From contig MNCI01001321.1 in NCBI GenBank assembly GCA_015680685.1, positions 160,062 through 224,061 on the forward strand: DNA of 64,000 bases. The letters run 5' to 3'. The DNA is from Gnetum montanum. Taxonomy: Eukaryota; Plantae; Gnetophyta. The notes beneath the pieces were generated by a model. The model ran no database searches. It was not told the DNA's origin and saw only the letters and a program-made list of their open reading frames with translations. How positions within the stretch are numbered: the first letter of the stretch is position 1; every line of letters starts with the position of its first letter. The translations under genes were made by a program, and so were the position numbers. Of this stretch, positions 49,601-60,859 are shown piece after piece.

Positions 49601-51026
49601 GAGGGTTTGCTGGATAGGAGTCTTGTATTATTGTAGCATCTCAAATTTGGCTTTTTTCTACGGTGCTATGTTTAACTTGTTTTACTTGTGTAGTAGGCAC
49701 TTCTGATAATAGTGGTGTACCTTCGTCGACAACCCCTACTCAACGTTGGGTTGAGGCCCTTGACAAATTTGCTTTCATGGAGGGGATTGTGAATGATATG
49801 ATTACTCGCTTGGAGCAAATCAATCCTAAGATTGGTATGCTATCGTTGTTACGTAGGAATTGTTGAAATTGTCACATTATGATATCCTGTTGGGTTTAAT
49901 TGTCATCTTTATGTTACAGCATCTTGCCTCAAATGGGATCCTAAAGAGCCTATCAACGTAGAAACTGCCCCTAAACCCTCACCAGAGGTGACTGAAGTAC
50001 CACACCACATTTATGATGAGATGTGTAAATGTGTGTTATGTTCGGCTTGTTCTCTATGGGAGAGTCAGAACATCAACGAAGAGCTCTGGAAGAGGTTGCA
50101 GAAAGGAGAAAAAGAGAAAATGGCCCTAACTACTAGGGTTGAGGACCTTGAGTCTAGGAATGAATTTCTGCAAGCTCAAGATACCAATGATGGGAATTGA
50201 CGGATGGTTGTAATTGACTATGCCCGTTATTGGATGGTTGTCAGGAACAATGTCCAAGCTAGCTGTGAGCTCATTGAGCAATGAATGCAAATGGATCTCC
50301 TAGCCTAGAAGAACCAAGACTGGAAGGACTTCAGCATGAGAGTCCAAGAATGGGGGCAAGTACAGAAAAATCATAAGCACATGTATAAGTAGGAATGTGC
50401 TACCTACCGCCAACATTATAGGGATTCCATAGTTGAAGCGTGGTCCCTCCGGCTGTTCCTTGATGTCATTGGTGCTTTTGGAGCGTATGAAAAGTTTCAG
50501 GAGCAAGTGACAGTAAGTGCCTTCCCAGAGAGAGAGATGACCCTTCCTGGCGAGGAGACTACTGTTCCTTCCTTTTTTCTTGAACCACCCCAGTGGACTC
50601 TTGTGGAAAAGGGAAAGGTCAAGGCTGGAACTGATCTAGGAGATGACGTGGGGTCAGAGCTAAGTGAGAATAAGATTATGCGATGCCTATGGGTTGGCCT
50701 GAAACAAATTCCTTTCGCGGTTGATGCAAGACCATCACAGGTAAGTTGTGCATTTGTTATAGTCTTGTTATGCGTGATTTTGATTGTGACATTAACAGTT
50801 GCTTCATGTCAAATTGTAGGATTGGCACGAAGAGGATCCCAATGAGGAGGAGCCTCACAGAGAGGATAACCCCCATGAAGAGAACCCCCATGAGGAGGAG
50901 CCTCACATAAAGGATCACCCCCATGAAGAGGATCCGCTCGAAGAAGATGTTTATGAGGAAGATCCTCATGAGGCAGATGTGAATTTGGATGGCACAGATG
51001 GAGGTGGTGGCAAAGGGGATGTGTAG
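46628..51026 (+). pseudogene. Element-borne antisense multi-exon gene, copy B (FCP1/NIF HAD-like N-terminal domain)
   Basis: Exons ~46628-46746, 47252-47701, 47785-48059, 48167-49214, ~49332-49613, ~49697-49834, 49920-50740, 50820-51026. Exon 2 reads 'KPVLIVLDIVDVL...HVGGEVIWFRMDA*EFLQFLLHNFSVIIWS...LRHLSWIWE...YNTLFMAHH...NPP'. Confidence 0.8.
50825..50975 (+). repeat. coding repeat (EEDPH-like acidic/His units) in the last exon of copy B
   Basis: GAGGA(T/G)CC.CATGA units. The corresponding exon of copy A is much shorter and lacks the array. Confidence 0.75.
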
Positions 51027-51159
51027 CGTAGCGATGTTAGCTAAACATTTTGTTGTTATGAAAGGGAATAAAGGATAATGTTTTTTGTTGTTGTTTTTAA
51101 GTCAGTTAATGGCATTTGTAAAAGAAAGATTTTAATTTTGATGTTTATGATGGTTACAC

Positions 51160-51375
51160 ATTTTAGGTCACTACGAGCCTACAATAGTTTAAGTCCATTT
51201 CGAGCTGGCGATAGTTTAAGGCCATTTCGGGTCAGGCCATCATGGAAAAGAATAAACAGAATTGCCAGTTTTAGGCCGTAGTGGACCGTAATTAGTTTAA
51301 GGCCATTTCGGGCCGTTGATAGTTTAAGGCCATTTCGGGCCATTGGTAGTTTAAGGCATTTTTGAGCCCAGTAGT
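51160..51375. repeat. ~27-bp tandem repeat (TAGTTTAAGGCCATTTCGGGCC...)
   Basis: About six units; homologous to 9185-9345. Confidence 0.85.
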
Positions 51376-51498
51376 GGTAAGAAAGCATAACGATAATGAT
51401 GTGATGTGAAAGAATGTAAACCGCGTAACGGTAAACCGCGTAACGGTAAGCAATGTCGACCTATGTTACACTAACGTGTTTATTAATTAGCTCCGCAG

Positions 51499-54400
51499 CT
51501 ACTTCTTAATCATTTTTAGGTTCGGCGATGCATATGGACGAGGACGTTTATTACTCCATTCCTCCACGCTACCATCTCCTCCCTCGAAGGGTAGTTCAGC
51601 CCAAGTCGAGCTTTCATTGGCCACTGTGTCGGCCTATTCAACTGTTGGGATAGGAGTTTGATCTTCTAGGATTTCAATCTCTGAACCCTGTTCCATTTCT
51701 ATGTTGTTAATTGCTTGAGGGGTCATCTTATCACCATGGATGATCACTTCCCCTCCTGCATAGGGCAAGTGGATCTCTTGATGAATGGGTGATGAGACGG
51801 CCCTCAGTTGAGCCAACCAAGACCTCCCTAAGATTAGGTTGAAGTTGGGCATCTCCTCGACAATAATAAACACCGCATTTGTGGGGAATTGATCCCCTAC
51901 TATGAAGTTGATCTGCATTGTTCCCTTAACTTGCACTCGTGCCTCATTAAATGACTTCAAACATGACATCGTCGTGGGATTTATCTGATCGATCAAACCC
52001 AATTTATCCACTATGGGATATGGAATGACATTGGCAGCGGCCCCGTCATCTACGTGTACTCTTCGAATCTTGTACTGGCCGACCCAGATAGTGATGAACA
52101 TGGGCACTGTTGTCACCTGACCCTTTTCTAGGTCATCCTTAATGGATTCATCATGAAATGTTAGTTGGGATGATAGTGGTCGTTTAGCAGTGGGGGGAAG
52201 CATGATTGAATAAATTATTTCTTCCTCTGCTGGCAAGCTTTTGTCCACGGGTATGGACGTTAGCATGTGAACCATGGCTTCACGATGCTTTTGGGATGTC
52301 ATCAGAAAATCATACAGGCTGAGCGTTGTATTTTTCTGTTTGAGAGCTTGCTTAACTTGCATAAAAGCATCAAGGAGATTATTCCCATGGTTTCATTGTT
52401 TATTACCCTTCTCTTCTTCCATTCATCCCAGGAGACAGATCTCTCAGGGAGGAACGATTTCTAGTTGATGGCTATGTTTCCTTAGGCAAGCTAAAGATGG
52501 TCGTGTCTGTGTAACGTTGTCCTTTTTAGGGGAAGGAGGAACCAAGGGCACCAAGGTGAGAGGTGTAGGCATAGGGAACCCAAGCGTAATGTAGTCCTTG
52601 GCTACTTTATTTGTCATACACCCTTCTCCTTTCATTGTGGGTTGAGGTTGGGGCATTAACTTAGATATTTTTCCCCATGTAGTTGAAGCAGTTGATGACT
52701 TTGGCACCCTGATTATAAAGGGTTCCTTAGGTGTGGACACAGGCTGGGTTGCAAATTTAACGACACTTTGGTGCGGGATAGACATTTGAGGCAGGACTTG
52801 GAGGACAAAAGGTTGTTGCGGCACCATGCCCATTGATGTTGACAGGTTTGTCGTCTGAGGTAGGTAGGAAGGCATGCGTAGAACGAAGGGTTGCTTCGGC
52901 TGTGCTGGGCTATCACTTTCCGTACCCACTACGTTGATAGTGTACCCTATGCTATTTACATTTAATGGATCTTGGTACATGTGCATGGACTGGTTTTCTA
53001 GATGAATCGAACTACTGTTATCTAGGATCAGCTTGCCTTGATCAATCATGTGTTGAATGTCATCTTTCAACACCTAGTAGTAGTCCATGTCATGACCACA
53101 TAGCAGGTGATAGTCACAGAAACGGTCCAGCCTAAAGTTTTTGGGAATTGGTGGTTTGTTTGGCAGGGCCAAGGAGGGATTTTTAAGTAGTTCACAATGT
53201 CGTCTGTGACGCTTTAGACCTTCCTCGGACACCTTCTTGTGTTGGATATGACTAGTTCCCAGCAGTTGCTTCAGTAGTTTTGAAGGATTTACAGGTAGAG
53301 CCATATATTTTGAGCAATCTTTACGCTCAAAATTAGGCTTCGGATGAGGTGATGTCTCAGGAGCCGATGTTGTTTACTGATTGACATTGTTTGAGCTAGT
53401 CGTAGTCTCAGCAGGAGCCATAGCCATCTTTTTGTTATTATTTTTCTTTTTGGCCTCTTTGGCCATAGCTACCACCATTGTTGCTGTAGCCTGGCCCTTG
53501 TCTTTGCTTTTGTTGTGGGCATTTTTATAGACCACATACATTGGGTCTTTGCTAGCCTCTGCCACATCTTGGATGCTCTTAGTCTAAGTGAAGGCTTGGC
53601 TAAGGGAGCGAGGAGCAAGGTAATACAGTTTAGACTTAATAAAGTTGTCGACTATCCCCTTGAAGATTGCCAACAGATGGCCCTCCACGATGGGTTCATG
53701 GATTTCATTCAAGGTGGCGCTCCACTGCTGTATAAACTTTTGGACTGGCTCAAGTAGATCTTGCTTGACTCCCATAAGCTGATCGAGCGTGACCTCTAGT
53801 TTTAGGTTGTATTTGAAACGAGTCACAAATTGAGTTAGCAGTTCTTCCAAGGTCGAGATGGAAGAGTGAGGAAGTGCATGATACCAATCCAAAGCTTTGC
53901 CCGTTAGGGACATAGCAAAGACGCGTATGATGGTATGTGGCCATTGTTGCAACAACAAAGACTTTGACCTGAAGGTAACTAGATGGGCATTGGGATCGCC
54001 TTACTCATTATATTTTATGAAATGGGGAAGTGTTATCCTAGGAGGTAATGACAGGATGGGTATGACTAGACTAATAGGATCATCATGGTAGAAATCCATG
54101 ACCTATACTATGTCAGAACTGGTAGCCTTGAGGCATTTAACCTCCTCGATAAGGGTTTCAATAAGCTAGAAAGCTTGATCCAAACCTGAGGATGAAGAGG
54201 TTGGTTGTGGAATAGCAGGGGGATCCACGATTGGTGGCAGAATAGGGGTAGCAACTTGGCCTGTGAGTGATGCTATTAAAACTGTCTCTGCAGGTGGTAT
54301 TTCCTGTGTCATCCACCACCCAGTAGGTGGTGCAGATGGGGTAACAACCATCGATTGTACCATGGGATATGCTGTTTGCATGGTCGGGGGCATAGACAAT

Positions 54401-55268
54401 GACCTTGCAATGGGGTTTACTACTTGCGGGACTTGGTGTTGATGAGGGTGAATATGGGACATCTACGTAGGCTGTGCAATAAGGGATGAAATATTTGGAG
54501 CCCACCACGTGGTAGTGGTGGGTCCTATCATTGATGGTGGTGCGGTAGCAAGAGATGGGAAGGATGCGAAAGCTGTGTACAATTGCAAGGTGGGTACTGT
54601 GTGGACATATGGTAACATAGGCGTGGGTACGCAATGAGATGGATTGGTTGACTGTGACTGTGGGGGAATGGACTATGAAGGAACAACACTTGGGAAGGCA
54701 ACCAGAGAGAAGAAATGTTGATGGGGCAAGTGTGGGATATGGTTGGTAGTAGACAACGTCAAAGGCGTTGTGACCATAAACAACGGATTTACACGGGACG
54801 CTATGGAGGGAGGAGCTACAACAAAGCTAGCGTGACTACCTCCCTTGAAGTGGGAGTCTAGGTCCTCCTGCCCATCATGGGATGCTTCATCATGGAACAA
54901 CTCATCTTGTTGTTCTATTGACACCCTGGCCATCAACAGTTGATCTAAGATCCATTGTTGCTAGTCCATCAGAGGTATGGAGGCATTAGATGAAGGAGCA
55001 AATTGCTTCCCGTTATAGTATATGAACTCATATTCACATTTCTCTTCGAGTTCTTGTGGATACATAGGCAAATTCACCATAAGTTTGGCACAGAGGAAGT
55101 TGTAATGTTCAATGCACTGAGCATGTCCCTTAGGCTCTTTATTTTGAATCCTGAGGGACTAACATAGCCGCACCGAACTAGTTGGTGGCTCGACAACAAC
55201 AGGCGTAACTTGCAGTGTCCAGGGGTTTTGAGGCTAGCGATGGTAACAGTAGTGGTTAATGCAGCCAT
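51499..55268 (-). pseudogene. Tat-type gag-protease of copy B
   Basis: 'SLTGKALDWYHALP', 'FCDYHLLCGHDMDY', 'RRVHVDDGAAANVIP...FNLILGRSWL'. Ends at a stop near 51499, the position homologous to copy A. Confidence 0.9.
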
Positions 55269-55500
55269 TCTCTATGCAGCTAGAGGGTAATGATAATAGG
55301 GATAAAGATCACAAGGGCAAATGCAAACTAAATGCAAAAGTGGGCTTTCTATCCTGTTGGATTCCAAAGGTATTGTCGGAGCAACCGATCTGTACCACAT
55401 GATTATGTAAACAACCACAGAGGTATCACATTTACGTTAGTCAATAATGGGTACAGAAAGCTTACAAGACTACCTGTGAAATGCAGATTGGAGGTTCAGG

Positions 55501-55517
55501 TCCTCCTTCTAGCGCCA
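55501..55517 (-). promoter_or_regulatory. PBS complementary to the plant tRNA-Asn 3' end
   Basis: Plus strand CCTCCTTCTAGCGCCA equals the 3' end of plant tRNA-Asn(GTT) plus CCA (from recall). Confidence 0.85.
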
Positions 55518-55523
55518 AAAAAC

Positions 55524-56820
55524 TATGACAAAAAACGTCAGTTGTTGGAAACACTGAGTGGATTTCTGTGTAGACAGTTCCAACCTTAGATATGTGCAAG
55601 GGCCATGCTAGAGAAAATGAATCCAAGGTGCCATGAATGGTCTTGTCGATCAGATAGGGACTTACTTAATCAGTAAATTTTGTTAATGATCATATCACGA
55701 GATGAAAATTTTAATGTGAGAATATAATATCGAGTGACGAGAAAATGAGATATGCTCCAAGATCGGATCTTGAAGGCAATGTCAACGATGTAAATGATGC
55801 AAAACTATTGTAAAATCAATGTAAATAAGATGCAATAAGTTGAATTTGGAGAATGTATGATTCTGAGATCTGGGATTTAACTTATAAACAAATATGATGA
55901 ATACAACAGGATTTGCAAGCAGACTTCGGTTTGGACAAAGTACACACCACCAACAAGAAGCTATTTAGAGATGAAATAAGCAAAGGCCAATCTACCTTGT
56001 TCACTAGCCAATATGGACACAAGGGAGTTAGGCTCGAAGAAAAATGTTTGCTAGCTTGAAATATCTGACCAAAGGCTTCTCTCTATCACCGTTGATGCTT
56101 TTTTTATTGCCAATTATTTCTTGTTTTCTCACCAATCTTTGCTAAAACTATCAACACTTTGAGCATTGTCCACTGGGGTATTTATAAGATCAGGGTTATG
56201 AGAAAAATGTGGTTTAGATGATGTGTGTCCTGGATCTACAGTATGCCATTGACCTGATGTGTTTTGGCTGAAGCTTGTGGCACTATGCTATGCTATGCTC
56301 TGAAGTGTAGTGTAGCGTAATCCACCCTTGTCTTTAGCATTGAAGGATTTTTAGATCTTCGGTAATAAACTATCCCACAGCTACACTACAATATGCTGGG
56401 AAGCGTATTGTGGTGTAATAACTGCTGCTGCTCAAATTTTGTTATCCTTATTGTTGTGGCTAAATCAACTATCTGCTTGTGTTATGCTGCACTACGCTGT
56501 ATTACGCTGCGTTACACAGCATAGTGTAACGTGGCATAATATGCCAAAAGTTAAGGTTTTTGGAACATGGCTAACTTGCAAATTTGAAGTGTTGTTACTA
56601 TGCATCCCTTGCTCTGTTCTATCCTCCTGAAGTCTTCTACGCTAAGCTGCGTAGCGTAGCGTAGCAGGTCCTTAGCTGAAAAAAGAAAACTTGCTAAGAT
56701 GTACCACTATTTTCGATGTTTCCATTGCCTGGATGTCTTGATGCTGCACTTGTGGGGATCCTTGCCTAAACTTTGAGACTTTGCTGAATCATTGAGGTCT
56801 CAAAATTTCACGGTGTTTCA
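55524..56820 (-). repeat. 5' LTR of copy B (~1.3 kb)
   Basis: Both ends are homologous to 13545-15500. Confidence 0.75.
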
Positions 56821-58423
56821 TCAAGGATGTTTGATAATTCCTCAGTCATGCAAGGTACTATAGAAGATTTATTAATTTTTTTTAAAGATTGCAGAGCTAC
56901 TTGTTGAACTAACAAAGAAAGATGCATCATTCTAGTGGTACGAATAATGTAAAAATATATTTGAGAGCCTAAAACAAAAATTGATTAAGATACCAATCCT
57001 TAGAGCTCTGGATTAATCTAAGCCTTTCTTCACCATGACTAATGATTCAAACTATGAATTAGGAGTAATATTGACCTAGCTAGGTGATCAAAAGTGACCA
57101 TATTACATACAATGCACTAGTAGAAGTATTACCAAAGTACAACTTAACTATACCACTATAGAAAAGGAGCTTATGGATGTGGTATATGCACTTCAAAATT
57201 CAAACATTATGTGCTCAAGTATTCAATCTATGTTCATACAAACCATAGTGCAACCAAAATTTTAATGAATAAAATAGTAATTAGTCTAAGAAGGATAAGA
57301 TGACTTGTTATACTATAGGAATTTTACATAATAACGATTGACAAGAAAGGAACTAAAAATGTTTTAGTTGATCACCTGTCAAAACTCATATGGGATTTTC
57401 AAAGAAGTTAAGAACTATTATTAGGCTAGTTCCATGATGAAAATTTATTTACTAAGATAGTAATGGTTATAGATTTAACAATAAATTCATTGATTACTGA
57501 TTATATGACATATCTAACTACACAAGAACTTCTTGCTAAATGGGATAGAAAGAAAAAAGAATAGTTCCTTCACAAAGTAAAATGATACATGGAGATTAAA
57601 GGAAATCTTTATGAGATATGTGCAAATGGTTTAATACAATGGTGTATTCTAGAGGAGAATCAAAAACAGTTCTACAAGATGCACATGAAGGACCATGTAG
57701 TAGTTATTATGTAGGATGAAGAACAACACTAAAATTTATGATGGCAAGTTACTTTTGGCCTATCATATTTAGGAACATACATTGGTTTACATAATCTTGT
57801 GAAAGATGCCATAAGAATGATGACTGACAACCAAAAATGAAGAGCTACAACAATGAATATAACCATTGAATCCATTTAATATTTGAAAAATTAATTTTAT
57901 GGGATCCATCATACGAATGTCAAATAAAAATTTTTATATTATCATGAATATTAATTACTATACCATGTGGGTAGAAGCAACTACAAGTAAAGATTACATA
58001 GCCATAATAGTTGCAAAATTATTTCAACAACATGTGGTGAATAAATTTGGAGTCTCATGGATGTTAATATTTAGATAATAGAACTCATTTCACTAGAGCT
58101 ACATTTGAGAAGGTAATGCAACTACTTAGGGTGAATCATAAACTAACTACATCCTATCACCACCAAGCAAATGATGAAGCCAAAGTAACTAACAGAGAGA
58201 TTATACACACATTAACTAGAACTATTAGTACATATAGGAATGATTGGAGCACTAAGCTTATTGATGCTCTATGATCATATCGATTTCCTCAGAAACTTCT
58301 TATAGTGTATTTATTGTATGAACTAGTTTATGGAAAATTGCTTACTCTACTAATCCAAGAAGAGATAAATACCCTTATAACCACCTGTACACTTAACCTA
58401 GTGTTGGACTTGGAAAAATCGAT
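56821..58423 (+). pseudogene. Athila-like pol fragment (RT C-terminus, RNase H, integrase) between two Tat insertions
   Basis: Collinear with 25535-27130 ('NYTTIEKEL', 'HEGPC..', 'TTSYHHQAN'); heavily decayed. Confidence 0.85.
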
Positions 58424-59880
58424 TGCTAAAATGTAAACTAAAAAATCCCAAGCATTGGAATAGTTTTAGCCTTAAATCCCAAGGGCCTTTAAAAAATAGG
58501 ATTCAAGGCAGCTTGGATGCTTTGGATGATCACCCAAGGACTTACAAAAGTTTCAACCAAAACCTAAATGAAATTGTAAATGATGATAAAAACATAAACT
58601 TAATGAAAATGAGATTACAAATGGAAATGGAATTGCAAATCCAAAATTATAATAGACATAGAAATGAAAACATGAACTCAGATTTGCACAATAATGAACT
58701 ATGACTTTATTGAAATGGAAAATAAAGTAGCAAGTTCAAAAAGTACAGATTTTGTGCTAGGTGGATAAGAATTTTGTTGGGAAGGAGCTTGAAGTTCATT
58801 GGAGTTGGTAGGCTATGTTTTAAATCAAGCTCCATGATCCAAATTTTTCCCAACTCTAATTTCTAGTAGCCCTCTACTAGTTTTCACTAAAATTAGCAAC
58901 TGGGATTACAAATGGTATTCCATCTTTGATGCAGTGGTATCACATTAGAGTCTTCAATGCCCAGCATAGATGCTAGTTTTGCTCAAAGGTGTTGCAAGAT
59001 TGTAAAAGGCTCTCTTGGTTATAAAATGCTTTCAAGTGATATTGCTTAAAAGGAGTTGGAATTGTAATAAGGTGTTTACATTGCATGTATATTGACCATG
59101 GAATTACTATTTTTGGGACCTACCCATCATTGTCATGATTATTGATAGAGTGATGTCTATTTGCAACTGGTAACCTTTACAATTCTTACCATAGGTGCCA
59201 TTTATGATAAGTTTGGAATACAGCATAGACATCAAAATCCATTCCTTTACTAAAAATAGTAAAAGGACTTTTGTAACTATGGTGACACCATCCCAAGTAT
59301 GCTATCCTTGATGGACTACATTGAAGTTTCTAGAAACTACTGGAACGAAGGGAATTGTTGGAACTACTGGAATTGCCAGAACTATTGGAACTTCCAAAAC
59401 TATTGATGTCTATGCTGGCCATGGTGCAACTGCTGAAGACTTGGGATAACTACATTGGCCACTATTAGGAAGATGAAAAATGGAAAATTCCAATAATTTC
59501 AATGCTACATCTATGCTAGGTTTTTTCGGTGACTACATTAGGTTGAGAATGAAAATGAAAATGCAAGACTATCTATGCTGGGTGTAGATGGTTCTAGCGT
59601 AGTTGAGGCTATACCCCTACAAAAACCCATGAATATGCTAAATTTGGAGATCCCCAAGGCATTTTTAGCCTTTCGAAGCCCAAATATTTACATGAGGTTT
59701 CTTTTTCCACTTGGGAAGTAAGGCAATAATAACTTTTGAGGCATTTTCAGTCCTGCACAAGTGAAAGTATGTAAGATTTTAGCTCATGGACTATAAATCT
59801 TACGTTTACAATGAAATTTTACCTCAAGTTAGAAAATGAAAGTTACAATTAGAACCATGAATTTTCTTGGTGGTGTTTCA
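58424..59880 (-). repeat. 3' LTR of Tat-C
   Basis: Follows the PPT, starts TGAAACACC, and contains a 10-bp GGAACTACTG tandem array (59330-59405). Left boundary inferred from the break in the Athila integrase. Confidence 0.65.
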
Positions 59881-60859
59881 TTGGCCCCTCTTTGTTGATG
59901 TTTGGAGGATTGACTTGAGAGACATTGACAAAGAATACAAAACATCACTACAAGTCCATCACCAACATTTCCTCTCCATGCTTGACTAAGTAGTGTTGAA
60001 GTATGCTAGAGAGTACTTGTGATGATGGGATAAGGTTATGGTGAGTGCTATCATTGGCTATAGGGATATCATCATGAGGGTTAACAATGAGTTCCATATG
60101 TTGACATCATGGTTACATTCATGAAAATGATACTTTGTTTAATCAACTCGGTCTTGACACTTTGTCTTTTGAAGTGTCGATCACTTGGCAATGCATTTGA
60201 GGAATGAACACCTTACTCTAAGGTTTCTTAGGCCATCAAGCTCCTTCCCTTTAGATGTTTGAAGCCATTGATTTGTTCTTTTGAGGCTTCATTAGCCATT
60301 CAGCTTTTTGGAAATTTACATAACCACTTTTTGATGGTGAAACCTTCATTAGGTTTCATTACCAAGGCTAGTTTTGATTTAGTTTTTCTATTTAATTAGA
60401 TGCATTACATCTAACGAACTTGATGGTGGAGCATAATGAAGGGACGTCACATGGCCATAATGGATGAGCATCAAACATAGCTTAACATTGTTGCTTAGGA
60501 TAAGGAGGGTTATAATCATTCTATGGGGTTGGGTTCAAGGAGTGGTAATGGGAATGATGTGAAATAAGAACTCTTAATACGGTAGGACAAACTTACCAAA
60601 TCTTGTGTATTGAGATCATGTGGTAACTTGTTGTCGTAATGAGTCATAGCTCCATGATGCCTTTGGACTTAATCCTATAATCACAACTCCAAGAGAATAG
60701 GAAACAAGACAAAGAAAACATGTTATTACAATACAATGCATAAGGCCAAACAATTAGTAATCTAGGCTACCATAGGTTACCAATGTTACAAAATTTCAGA
60801 GTTCACCCATTATGCAAAAAGAGGTTATGTATACTCTCTTGTTATTGGTTTTCTAGGTT

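Larger units (their letters stand above)
45750..56820 (-). mobile_element. Non-autonomous Tat/Ogre-like Gypsy element, copy B (3' LTR missing)
   Basis: LTR starts TGAAACACC at 56820, intact PBS TGGCGCTAGAAGGAGG, gag-pro, tandem array and antisense gene, collinear with copy A. Left boundary approximate. Confidence 0.85.

Noticed and set aside
51160-51375. CRISPR-like appearance of the ~27-bp repeat arrays (also 9185-9345)
   Set aside because: Units are adjacent with no unique 30-40 bp spacers, there are no cas genes, and the context is a eukaryotic TE.
55490-55517. tRNA-Asn gene
   Set aside because: Only the 3' 28 nt with an encoded CCA next to an LTR, so it is a PBS and not a tRNA gene.
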